A stretch of 64,000 nucleotides of DNA from assembly GCA_040755855.1 (NCBI GenBank), contig JBFMAD010000007.1, positions 32,001-96,000 of the forward strand, given 5' to 3'. Positions 28,311 to 37,039 of this stretch are shown here, in pieces. This DNA comes from Planctomycetota bacterium. Lineage in GTDB: Bacteria > Planctomycetota > Brocadiia > JAADGH01. The translations under genes were made by a program, and so were the position numbers. The notes under the pieces were generated by a model. The model was not told where the DNA came from. It searched no databases and saw nothing but the letters and a program-made list of their open reading frames with translations. Positions within the stretch are counted from its first letter, which is position 1, and every line of letters starts with the position of its first letter.

Positions 28311-29066
28311 ATGGCCAGAAAACAACCAAAGAAGCCGTGGCATGAGGCCCTGTTCGACCGATTCTATTATGAGTTTGCGTTCGAGAAGATGGAACCCTCC
28401 CGCACGCAGAAGCAGGTGGACTTTGTTGAAGATGCGATCGGACTGAAAGGCCGAGAGCGTATCCTCGACCTTTGCTGCGGGCCGGGGAGACATTCCATCG
28501 AACTCGCTCGGCGAGGGTATGATGTGGTCGGCCTCGACCGCTCGGCGTTCTTCCTGCAAAAGGCCCGAGAAAAGGCGAGGGATGCCAAGATTGACATCCG
28601 CTTCCGCAAGGGCGACATGCGGCGCATTCCGTACCGCGATGAATTCGACGTCGTGATCAACATGTTCACGAGCTTCGGCTACTTCGAGAAGGAATCGGAC
28701 AACCGGAAAGTGATCGAGGGCGTGGCCCGCGCCCTCCGGCCCGGCGGGAGGTTTCTGATTGATGTAATGAACCGCGACTTCCTCGTCAAGCACTTCCGCA
28801 CGCGCAACTGGGAGGAGGCGAACGGCTGGGTCCGGCTCGAATCGGTCCGCATGGACTGGCAGCAAAGCCGGGTGACGTCGGAGTGGGTCTTCATCAAGGG
28901 CGGACGGCGGCGGAAGATTGACCTGAATCTTCGGGTCTATTCCCCCCACGAGCTGATCGCCCTGCTTGCGTCCGCCGGCCTGAAGGTCGAGAAGACCTTC
29001 GGCGGGTTCGCCAAGGAGCCTCTTTCCCCCGATGCGAACCGCCTGATCGTTGTCGCTCGGAGGTAA
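28311..29066 (+). CDS. Class I SAM-dependent methyltransferase
   Basis: ILDLCCGPGRH, GDMR, FTSFGYF, LRPGGRFLID. Confidence 0.9.
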   Translation: MARKQPKKPWHEALFDRFYYEFAFEKMEPSRTQKQVDFVEDAIGLKGRERILDLCCGPGRHSIELARRGYDVVGLDRSAFFLQKAREKARDAKIDIRFRKGDMRRIPYRDEFDVVINMFTSFGYFEKESDNRKVIEGVARALRPGGRFLIDVMNRDFLVKHFRTRNWEEANGWVRLESVRMDWQQSRVTSEWVFIKGGRRRKIDLNLRVYSPHELIALLASAGLKVEKTFGGFAKEPLSPDANRLIVVARR

Positions 29067-29085
29067 CTATGCGCGTTTCTGCATG

Positions 29086-29114
29086 TTGACAGGGCCGCTT
29101 CCGTGGGGTACAAT
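29086..29114 (+). promoter_or_regulatory. sigma70 promoter
   Basis: TTGACA-17 nt-TACAAT. Confidence 0.75.
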
Positions 29115-29119
29115 ACGTT

Positions 29120-29233
29120 CAGCGTGAAGTGATTCGGTCAGAATGCGACCCTTGGAGCGGTAGTCCAGATGGGGACACGCTGCGGTGTGAAATCCTGAAA
29201 GCTGCGTGTAAAAGACACGCAGCTTTCTTTTTT
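29120..29233 (+). ncRNA. Candidate structured cis-regulatory RNA or sRNA ending in an intrinsic terminator
   Basis: Begins at the expected start site; P1 CAGCGTG/CACGCTG encloses two hairpins; 13-bp terminator stem plus T tract. Confidence 0.5.
29197..29233 (+). terminator. Intrinsic terminator
   Basis: GAAAGCTGCGTGT-aaaag-ACACGCAGCTTTC-TTTTTT. Confidence 0.88.
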
Positions 29234-29265
29234 CTCCTGCATGTCCCCGGAGATGAATTCCTCCT

Positions 29266-31713
29266 ATGGCTGTCCTCGTGACAAGCGACGAACAAGAGGC
29301 CCTCCTCGAGCTGGGAGATGCAACGGCCACCATCGGCCGGGCCAAGGGCAACACGCTCTGTCTGCGATCATCGAAGATCTCTCTCGAACACGCCGTCATC
29401 GAACCCTCCGACGAGGGATACGTCCTCATTGACCTGGGCAGCACGAACGGCACGTTCGTAAACGGCGAACGCATTGACCGCATACTCCTACAGGACGGCG
29501 ATCTCGTTCGCTTCGGACCCTATGAGCTGACCTTTATCGCCAAGCAGGACGAAGCAGCCACGGTCATCGCCGAGCCAGAGCTTATGGAAGAGGGCGAGGA
29601 GGCCGAGCTCGCCGCCGAGGGCAAAGAACTCGAAGAAACCTACGGAGAAGAGGACGAGTCCGCCGAGGAACCGGCCGCCGAATACGAGGAGGAAGAACAA
29701 GAAGAGGAACCCGAGGATGAGGAAGAAGAGGAAGAGGAAGAGGAGGAAGAAGAAGAAGAAGAAGAGGAAGAAAAAGAAGAAGAAAGCTACGACGAAGTCG
29801 AGGAGATTGACGAACAAGAGTATGAAGCGGAGTTGGAGGAGGAATACGACGGGGAGGTCTATTACCGTCGCCGACTCCGCGAAGGCACGCGACGGCGTCG
29901 TGTGCGATCGGCGATACTCCTGACCGTGTTCATTTTCATCTCCCTTATGATCCACTACGAGGGCAGACACGTCCTGGACCTGATTCATCTGGGCATCCAT
30001 TTCACCGACCGGAAGCCGGTGGAGATTGAGACGGACTTCGTGCTGATCATCGAAGAGAACGCAGTGCCCGAGCAGAAGCACGAATTGCTCGAACTGCTCC
30101 CCGACGAAATGATCACGCCGCCAGACGTACAGGCCGCGCAGGAGCTGCCCAAGATTATCGAGGATACGCCCCCCATGAGGCTGGGCAACCTGAGCGTGAT
30201 TGACGGCATCGAGATCGCCGGCTTCGTGCCCGTGCAGGAGTTCCGCCCGGAACAATCCTTCAAGGCGGTGAGCGCCCCGGGCGCGCTTTCGCTCTCGACC
30301 TCCGAGCAAGCCCGAACCTTCAGCGACCAGCTCGACGACTTCGCCATGGAGATGATCAACATCCTCGTCGAGGAGCCACTGCACGTCGTCCTCATCTTCG
30401 ACCGTTCCTACAGCCTGGAGGACGACAGGGCCTACATGCAAAAGCGACTCGAACGGATCATTGAGCTGCTCGGTTTCAACCTCAAGCCCACAGAGATGGC
30501 TCGGCTGAAATGGTCCGTCGTCGGCTTCGGCGACATGACCCATATATACCTGAACAAAGCCGACGACCTGGAGAAGGTGAAGCAGGGTATCCGCAAGGTC
30601 GCCAACGATCCCTCCGGCGTCGAGAACCTCCTCGCCGCCATCGGCTACTGCATTCGCATGCTCGACCGAAGCTCGGGCCGGACGTTTTTCGTCATCGTGA
30701 CGGACGAGGTGGGCGACGACACAAACAACGATGAGATGGTCGCCGAAGTGCTCCGCTCCCTGCTGAAACATGAAGTCGCCGTCTATGTCTTCGGACGCGA
30801 GGCCAATTTCAGCGTCCCCGTCATCCAGGATTCCGGCCTCGATCCCGCCACGGGCGAGAAGATACAGGGCGACGTGATGGCCGGGCCGGAGAGCGCCTTC
30901 TCGGAGTTCTTCGAGACGGACGATCTCTTCCACCGCATCGGCGTTCTCCCATCGGGGTTCGGCATCTATGTCCAGAGCCGCCTCTGCGGGGCCACGGGCG
31001 GGCGGTACTACATGCTCGGCGGGCAGCCGTCCGCATACGATCCCGACGCCCTCGCCGCTCGCGCCCCCGAGCTCTGCTCGCGCTCGGAGTACCTCAAGCA
31101 CACCGAGAAGAGCAAGGTCCGAAAGATCATCGCCGACATCCTGACGGAATGGCCCAAGCTGCGCCCTCAGCCGGGCGTCCGGAACCAGGCCATCAAGGAG
31201 GAGATCAAGCGCCACATCGAGGCCGGACAGAAGTGCGACGCCTTCTGCGCCAAGGCCATCGAGGAGCTGGAGAGCGCCCTCAAGTCGGCGGCGAAAGACA
31301 AGCGCCAGCCCCAGCGCTGGAAGGCCAACGGCGATCTCGTCCTGGCCCAGCTCTACCGCTTCCGATTCCTTCTTGCGGACTACATCCTCAAGCTCCGCAA
31401 TTTCGGCAACACCGCGCCGCTCGACAAGGACGGCTCGCCCATGATCGGCTTCCGCATCGCCCGACCGCCGAAGCCGGGCAAGCCGGACAAGGAAGTGCTT
31501 GAAAAGGCCAAACTGGCCGACGCCTATCTGATGAAGGTGGTCGAGAACCACCCCAAGACCCCCTGGGAGGCCATGGCCCGCGCCCTCCGAACGGACCGGG
31601 CGCTCTTCGAAGTGACCCCCTTCTACCGCCCCAAGCGCGAACCGGGCGAGGAGGGGGAGGGAAAACGACCGCCGCCGCCCCCGCCACCGGGGAAACAGCC
31701 TCCCAAGCTCTGA
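29266..31713 (+). CDS. FHA domain - acidic linker - transmembrane helix - vWA domain protein
   Basis: TIGR...IS.EHA...DLGSTNGTFVNG (FHA); poly-Glu; RRRR then hydrophobic helix; IFDRSYSL MIDAS, VTDEVGDD; HPKTPW C-terminus. Confidence 0.85.
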   Translation: MAVLVTSDEQEALLELGDATATIGRAKGNTLCLRSSKISLEHAVIEPSDEGYVLIDLGSTNGTFVNGERIDRILLQDGDLVRFGPYELTFIAKQDEAATVIAEPELMEEGEEAELAAEGKELEETYGEEDESAEEPAAEYEEEEQEEEPEDEEEEEEEEEEEEEEEEEEKEEESYDEVEEIDEQEYEAELEEEYDGEVYYRRRLREGTRRRRVRSAILLTVFIFISLMIHYEGRHVLDLIHLGIHFTDRKPVEIETDFVLIIEENAVPEQKHELLELLPDEMITPPDVQAAQELPKIIEDTPPMRLGNLSVIDGIEIAGFVPVQEFRPEQSFKAVSAPGALSLSTSEQARTFSDQLDDFAMEMINILVEEPLHVVLIFDRSYSLEDDRAYMQKRLERIIELLGFNLKPTEMARLKWSVVGFGDMTHIYLNKADDLEKVKQGIRKVANDPSGVENLLAAIGYCIRMLDRSSGRTFFVIVTDEVGDDTNNDEMVAEVLRSLLKHEVAVYVFGREANFSVPVIQDSGLDPATGEKIQGDVMAGPESAFSEFFETDDLFHRIGVLPSGFGIYVQSRLCGATGGRYYMLGGQPSAYDPDALAARAPELCSRSEYLKHTEKSKVRKIIADILTEWPKLRPQPGVRNQAIKEEIKRHIEAGQKCDAFCAKAIEELESALKSAAKDKRQPQRWKANGDLVLAQLYRFRFLLADYILKLRNFGNTAPLDKDGSPMIGFRIARPPKPGKPDKEVLEKAKLADAYLMKVVENHPKTPWEAMARALRTDRALFEVTPFYRPKREPGEEGEGKRPPPPPPPGKQPPKL

Positions 31714-31734
31714 TTGCGCTTAGAAAGGAATGCC

Positions 31735-33768
31735 TTGAGAACTGAAGTGATTCTGATGGCCCTCCTGTTCGCCTGTACGCTGACCTGCGCGCAGGAAGAT
31801 GTGAAGCCCTTTCTCAAGACGACGTGGGACGTTGCCCGTCTGCGAGACGACCTCCGCGGCAGGGCCGGCAGCATGATGCTCTCCTTCTGGATGATGGACC
31901 GCAATCACAACAACGGGAAAGGCCTCTCCGACCGCGCCGCCTCCGGCAACCTCGCCTGGGGCGAAAGTTCATGGCTCATGGATTACATCATGTGCTACCA
32001 GGCCTTCCGCGATCCCTACTGGCTGGATAAGGTGGTGGATCACTTCGACCGCATGAGGACCAGCCTGAGCGATCCCGAAGGCGACGGCTTCCTCGCCTGG
32101 CGCGACGGGGCCTACTCCGTCGGCGTCGTCCGCCTCGCCTCGAAATCCAATGCTGACGGTCTGACCATCGAGCCGGAGACCAGCCGCGCCTGGGTCATCC
32201 GCGATCGCGGCGGCGAAGCCGTCACCGGGCACAAGTATTCAATTGCCTTCCCAAAACCTGACGCACTGGTGGTTCGTGACGAGACCGAAGACAAGATCAT
32301 TGTGACAAGCGACTACAAAGACAAGATCGTCCTCAACGGGATTCCCCCGCAGAGCGACAAGGACAAGCGCGTCCCGAACGGCATCCCCGGCAGCCGGTTC
32401 ACGATCGCCGGCCCAGCCAGGGCCGGGGCGAGGTTCGAGTTTGAGTCTATTCGCGGGGAGGAGATCGAATACCAGGTGCACGATGGGATGATCACCTACC
32501 CCATCGCGCAGTTCATCGAGATCGTCTTCAACGATCCCGCCCTCCATGAAAAATACAAGAAGAAGGCCGACGAGTACCTCGCCTTCATTGACAAACACAT
32601 CCGCGAGAAATGGGAACCGACCTGGGTCGAGCTGCCGGACGGCTGCGGCGCGTACGTCTTCACGGCGCACGAGACGCAGCGCTTCCCCAAGGGCCTCCTG
32701 CCCCACAACCAATACCTCGCCCTCGCGCGGACCTACCTTGTGCTGAAGGACGTGAAGGGCGCGCCGCATCGGGACATCTACCTCGAAAAAGCCGCGAAGA
32801 TGGCGAAGTACTTCAAGAAATGCCTTCGCGCCGAGGGCGACGCTTATCTCTGGAACTACTGGGACCCCTACCCCGAGATCCCGGAGGTCCGACGATATGT
32901 GGAGGACACCGGCCACGGCACGATCGACATCGGCTTCGTCTGCGAGGCCTGCAACCGAAACGTCGTCTTCGCCCCCGACGACCTGACGCGCTTCGGGAAC
33001 ACGTATGCCGACCGCATGTGGAACCAATCCCAGGACGATCCCATCATTCGCGGGCGCGTTGACGGGGCCAAGTCGCGCGTCGACGGACGGACGATCCACG
33101 AGTACGTCAAACTGTCCCAGTGGAACGCGAAGGTGTGGGATGTCGCAACGCATATTCGCCGGGCTTATCCCGCGACGGGCAATGTCCCATCCATCCTCTA
33201 CATGGCCGCCGGCATGACGGGCATGGACGCGGCGGAGATCAATCGCTTCCACATGCTTCGGACAGGCATGGAGAAGGCCCTGGCAGAGGGGACGGTCATC
33301 AACGGCGATTTCGAGCTGGGCGGCCCGCCGGAGGGCCCTCCGTACGGCTGGCAGTGTGGGGTGTGGAGCAAGAGCAAGGGCGGCGTCCGATTGGTCCAGC
33401 CCGGGAGGGATAGCGCGTATGCCCTCCTTCTCGAAGGCATCCCCGGCGAAGGGGGCAATGTCAACGTGGTGGCCTATCCGCAGATCAGGACGAAGGCGAC
33501 GAAGCCCACGAAATTTCGCATGAGCATCTATTACCGCACCGAGGGGACCCCGAAGCCCTACTTCTCGTTTCTCGGGTATGGGGCGGAGGAGTCGAAGGAC
33601 AAGCAGTACGACAACTCGCCACCCCTCGAACCCTCCACCGAATGGCGCAAGGCCGAGTGGGAATGCAACAGTCGGGAGGGGGTCGGCGAGGTCTGTTTCT
33701 ACCTCCGCAACGGCGGGGCGGGGAAGGTCTTCTACGACGACTTCCGCATGGAGCGGATTGATGACTGA
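31735..33768 (+). CDS. Secreted hypothetical protein with alpha-barrel glycosidase/lyase-like core and C-terminal CBM-like domain
   Basis: Signal peptide; LAWGES, WNYW, EDTGHG motifs; NGDFE...FYDDF CBM4/9-like end; start uncertain. Confidence 0.6.
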   Translation: MRTEVILMALLFACTLTCAQEDVKPFLKTTWDVARLRDDLRGRAGSMMLSFWMMDRNHNNGKGLSDRAASGNLAWGESSWLMDYIMCYQAFRDPYWLDKVVDHFDRMRTSLSDPEGDGFLAWRDGAYSVGVVRLASKSNADGLTIEPETSRAWVIRDRGGEAVTGHKYSIAFPKPDALVVRDETEDKIIVTSDYKDKIVLNGIPPQSDKDKRVPNGIPGSRFTIAGPARAGARFEFESIRGEEIEYQVHDGMITYPIAQFIEIVFNDPALHEKYKKKADEYLAFIDKHIREKWEPTWVELPDGCGAYVFTAHETQRFPKGLLPHNQYLALARTYLVLKDVKGAPHRDIYLEKAAKMAKYFKKCLRAEGDAYLWNYWDPYPEIPEVRRYVEDTGHGTIDIGFVCEACNRNVVFAPDDLTRFGNTYADRMWNQSQDDPIIRGRVDGAKSRVDGRTIHEYVKLSQWNAKVWDVATHIRRAYPATGNVPSILYMAAGMTGMDAAEINRFHMLRTGMEKALAEGTVINGDFELGGPPEGPPYGWQCGVWSKSKGGVRLVQPGRDSAYALLLEGIPGEGGNVNVVAYPQIRTKATKPTKFRMSIYYRTEGTPKPYFSFLGYGAEESKDKQYDNSPPLEPSTEWRKAEWECNSREGVGEVCFYLRNGGAGKVFYDDFRMERIDD

Positions 33769-33869
33769 TCTGCGGCGCGTGGAATGCTTTTATTCTTGAC
33801 AATACTCGTCTGACTCGCTATTTTATACTTTATAATTGGTAAGTGGGTGTATTGTCAATACAGTTCTGT

Positions 33870-33946
33870 GGGCGATTAGCTCAGCTGGCTAGAGCACTAG
33901 CTCGACAAGCTAGGGGTCGCAGGTTCAAGTCCTGCATCGCCCACCA
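33870..33946 (+). tRNA. tRNA-Val(GAC)
   Basis: Acceptor GGGCGAT/ATCGCCC, anticodon arm CTAGC-TCGACAA-GCTAG, GGTTCAAGTCC T-arm, encoded CCA; 77 nt. Confidence 0.97.
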
Positions 33947-34050
33947 TATTCCTCTTTTCCGCGGCTTTTGAGACCACTTCAAGGCGTTTCCTGTCAGGTT
34001 TCTTTGCCGAACTGTCCTGCGCCGACTCCAGTACGACAGGTGGCGACAGA

Positions 34051-34080
34051 TTTTTGGTCTCCTTTTTGGTCCCCTTTTGG
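34051..34080. repeat. 12-bp direct repeats near the tRNA 3' end (possible integrase arm-type sites)
   Basis: TTTTTGGTCTCC TTTTTGGTCCCC TTTTGG. Confidence 0.5.
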
Positions 34081-34169
34081 ATGTCTGGATTTTTCCTTAT
34101 CTCGAACCCACCTGCCGCCATCTCAACCTGCTGCTCTTCAGTATATCCCTCTGATAGTGCCTCGGTGAC

Positions 34170-34350
34170 CGGTAGCCGTTCCACCCCCTCCGCTTGATTC
34201 ATCAACTGAACGTGGGTGTAGGTTTTTATGGTTGTCGTGATCTGAGCGTGCCCGTGAAGAAGCCGTCTTTCGATCACTGGGGAAAGATTGCGCCGTGCTC
34301 CTGAGCTTTCAGTAAACCGTACCTTCGGGCTTATGTCAGCGCCGATGAGT
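34170..34350 (-). pseudogene. Tyrosine recombinase/integrase C-terminal remnant
   Basis: LLHGHAQITTTIKTYTHV resembles box II (LGH..I.TT..YTH); ADISPKV upstream in the same frame; rest of the gene absent. Confidence 0.7.
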
Positions 34351-34497
34351 AGATCGAGTTTCAGGTATTGCGAAAAAACGCCCTTGCTTCAATCGTCGCT
34401 ACAGCCCATTTCCCCCACTGACTTGACAAGGATGTGGTCAGTCTGAGTAAATATGTCCGTGTGAGTTTGGGGAGCATTGTTTTTCGAAGGAGAAATA

Positions 34498-36996
34498 ATG
34501 AGGACGAGATCAAGGCATATGATGGTTATCGCGCTCGGCGCATGGCTGTGCGTTGCAGGTTGCGAGATGCCCGGCACGGGAGACATACCGGGACGGGAGA
34601 CCTTCGGCGGGGCTCAGCAGCAGTACGTGTTTTTCGCGAATGGCAAGCCCCTGTGCCGTTTGGTTCTGCCCGCCAAGCCGGAACCGGAGGAGCGCGAGGC
34701 GGCGGAGCTGATCCGAAACACGTTCCGCGATATGGGGGGCGGCGAGGCCGCCATCGTCAATGATCCCGCAGGGGCATTTGACGGGGTGGAGATTCATGTG
34801 GGACCGACCGAGTTCGCGAAGGGACTCGTGCTCCTGCCGAAGGGTATGGACCTGGACGGGTTCGCGATCCGGCCCCACGATGCGGGCCACCTGGTCCTCT
34901 TGGGCGGACGGCCCGTGAGCACGTTCTACGCCGCCGCCGAGTTCCTCGAACGCTATGCCGGCGCGCTATGGGTGTGGCCGGGTGAATATGGCACGGTGAC
35001 GCCGAAAACAGATCGCTTTGAGGCAACCGTGCGGGAGCAGGTCTCGGAGCCCGCCTTCGCCGCCCGTCAGTATTCGGGCATGGGCAAGGCCAAGATGGCC
35101 TACCACCGCATCCACCAGACCGCTCGCGAGCTCCGCAGCAGCTTCCACCACAATGTCTGGACTGTGCTGAAAGAGGATATGTATGCCACGCACCCCGAGT
35201 ACTTCTCTCTGGTGGACGGCAAGCGGCGGCAGCCGACCAAAGACAAGAGCAATTGGCAGGCGTGCACGACCAATCCGGAAGTGATCCGGATCTTCCTCGA
35301 GGCGGCCAAGCGGCAGTTTAAGGAGCGTCCCTGGAACCGAGCGTTCAGTGTCTCGCAGAACGACGGCTACGGCTTCTGCGAGTGCGACAAGTGCCGGGCC
35401 TTGGATGTTCCCGGGCAGGAAGGCGTCAGCGATCGGTATTTCACTTTTCTGAATGCCGTTGCCGACGGCGTCCGCGATGAGTATCCGGACAAGCTGATCG
35501 CCTGCTTCGCGTACAGCCAAAAGGGGACCGCGAGTGTGCCTGTCCATGTCAAGCTGCGGCCCAACACGCTGATCTATGCGGTCGTGCCCACGCTGGCGGA
35601 TCATCACAAGACCATCGTCGAGTGGAGCAAGGCCGCGCCGAATCTCGGCGCATATTTCTGGCTTCACGGCAAGGCAGTGCCCAAGTTCTACCCACACCGA
35701 TGGGCCGAGTACCTTCGCTTCCTGCGCCGCTACAATGTCCGTGAGGTCTATGCCGAGGTCTACCAGGACTGGGACGTACGGATGGCGAGCTGGGCGCTGG
35801 ATGGGCCTCGGGTCTGGATCACGTCGAAGTTGCTGTGGAACCCGGATGCGAACATTGACGAACTGATGGAGCGATTCTGCCGCCGGTTCTACGGCCCCGC
35901 CTGGGAACCCATGCTCCGCTATTACCGCCAATGCGAAAAAGCTTGGGGGCGACGCGAGGATCCGTTCGACTTCGGCAAGAAGTGGAAGGAACTCGAATTC
36001 GAGTCCTACAACACGGCGGATATGGACGTCATGGAGGACTGCATCAACAAAGCAACGGCGCTGGCCAAAGAGGACGCGACCGTGACCGCGCGACTCAAGG
36101 CACTGAACACCGCCCTGACGCCTGTCGCCGGATACGTGCGACAGCTCGACCTGTCGAAGGTACTGTCCAAGGAGGCCATCGGCAGCCGCGCCGACGCGGG
36201 GGCGGTCGTGGCGAAGGTCTACCAGGCCGAGGCGGCGGGGCAGAAGCTGACGCGCGAGGGCCGCTCCCTCTTCGGGACAATGCCCAACGAAACGGAGACC
36301 GCGATTGATGACTGTTTCTGCCGGATTACCCAGGTTCTGGGGGCTGATGCTCCTGCGTTCTGGGAGAATGTGAAGGCCACGAAACCCGAGTTGGAGCGTT
36401 TCGTTGCGCCGCAACTGCTTGCCCTCAGCGGCAAAGTGGAGAACATCGCTGCGAATTCGTCCTTCGAGGTGCAGGCCGCTTCGACCAAGGAGGCTGATGA
36501 AAAGCTGGAATGGCAGGCGCTGAATGCGCCCGGATGGGGCCAGTGGATGCAGGGCGGCAGCCCCGGCAACGTCGGGGTGGCGATCGGGGTTGCTCGCACC
36601 GGAAGCAAGTCATTGGTGATTAGCGGCGTCAGGTCCGCCTGCGGCATCTACACGCAGAAGGCGAAGCCGGGGGAGCGCTATCGCGTGAGCTGTTGGGCCA
36701 AGACGAGCGTGCAGCCGAAGGCGGGCCAGGATCGCGCCGGCGGCAGCATGACCCTGAAATGGCAGACGGCGGAGGGCAAGTGGGTGGAGGGGCCGCCGGC
36801 CGTCACAGCCAAGTTGTCACCGGGCGCATCGGAGTGGACGCGCCTTCAGGGGGTCGTGACGATCCCTACCGGTGTGGGACGACTGGTCATTCTGCTCCTT
36901 GCCGAGAAACAGGATGCGGGGGAGCAGACGTGGTTCGACGATCTCTGCATCGAGAAGCTCTGCGAAGCCCCTGGGAGGGCCAGCGCCGGGAAATAG
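34498..36996 (+). CDS. DUF4838-domain lipoprotein with GH67/GH20-like N-domain and C-terminal CBM
   Basis: Lipobox VAGC; HPEYFSL.DGKR, C.TNPEV, SQND..GFCECDKC, FAY, LLWNP, FYGPA; WFDD end. Confidence 0.8.
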   Translation: MRTRSRHMMVIALGAWLCVAGCEMPGTGDIPGRETFGGAQQQYVFFANGKPLCRLVLPAKPEPEEREAAELIRNTFRDMGGGEAAIVNDPAGAFDGVEIHVGPTEFAKGLVLLPKGMDLDGFAIRPHDAGHLVLLGGRPVSTFYAAAEFLERYAGALWVWPGEYGTVTPKTDRFEATVREQVSEPAFAARQYSGMGKAKMAYHRIHQTARELRSSFHHNVWTVLKEDMYATHPEYFSLVDGKRRQPTKDKSNWQACTTNPEVIRIFLEAAKRQFKERPWNRAFSVSQNDGYGFCECDKCRALDVPGQEGVSDRYFTFLNAVADGVRDEYPDKLIACFAYSQKGTASVPVHVKLRPNTLIYAVVPTLADHHKTIVEWSKAAPNLGAYFWLHGKAVPKFYPHRWAEYLRFLRRYNVREVYAEVYQDWDVRMASWALDGPRVWITSKLLWNPDANIDELMERFCRRFYGPAWEPMLRYYRQCEKAWGRREDPFDFGKKWKELEFESYNTADMDVMEDCINKATALAKEDATVTARLKALNTALTPVAGYVRQLDLSKVLSKEAIGSRADAGAVVAKVYQAEAAGQKLTREGRSLFGTMPNETETAIDDCFCRITQVLGADAPAFWENVKATKPELERFVAPQLLALSGKVENIAANSSFEVQAASTKEADEKLEWQALNAPGWGQWMQGGSPGNVGVAIGVARTGSKSLVISGVRSACGIYTQKAKPGERYRVSCWAKTSVQPKAGQDRAGGSMTLKWQTAEGKWVEGPPAVTAKLSPGASEWTRLQGVVTIPTGVGRLVILLLAEKQDAGEQTWFDDLCIEKLCEAPGRASAGK

Positions 36997-37039
36997 GGTT
37001 GCACAGAGAAACGTCTTCACGGAATCAGGGAGAGAAAAA

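Noticed and set aside
29120..29190. c-di-GMP-II or THF riboswitch identity
   Set aside because: Only short resemblances (GUGAAG, UGGAG..GUAG, GCGUGAAGUG); the required pseudoknot and other conserved segments are absent.
33897..34277. Intact 126-aa gene overlapping the tRNA
   Set aside because: It runs antisense through tRNA-Val; only the integrase-like part looks meaningful, as a remnant.
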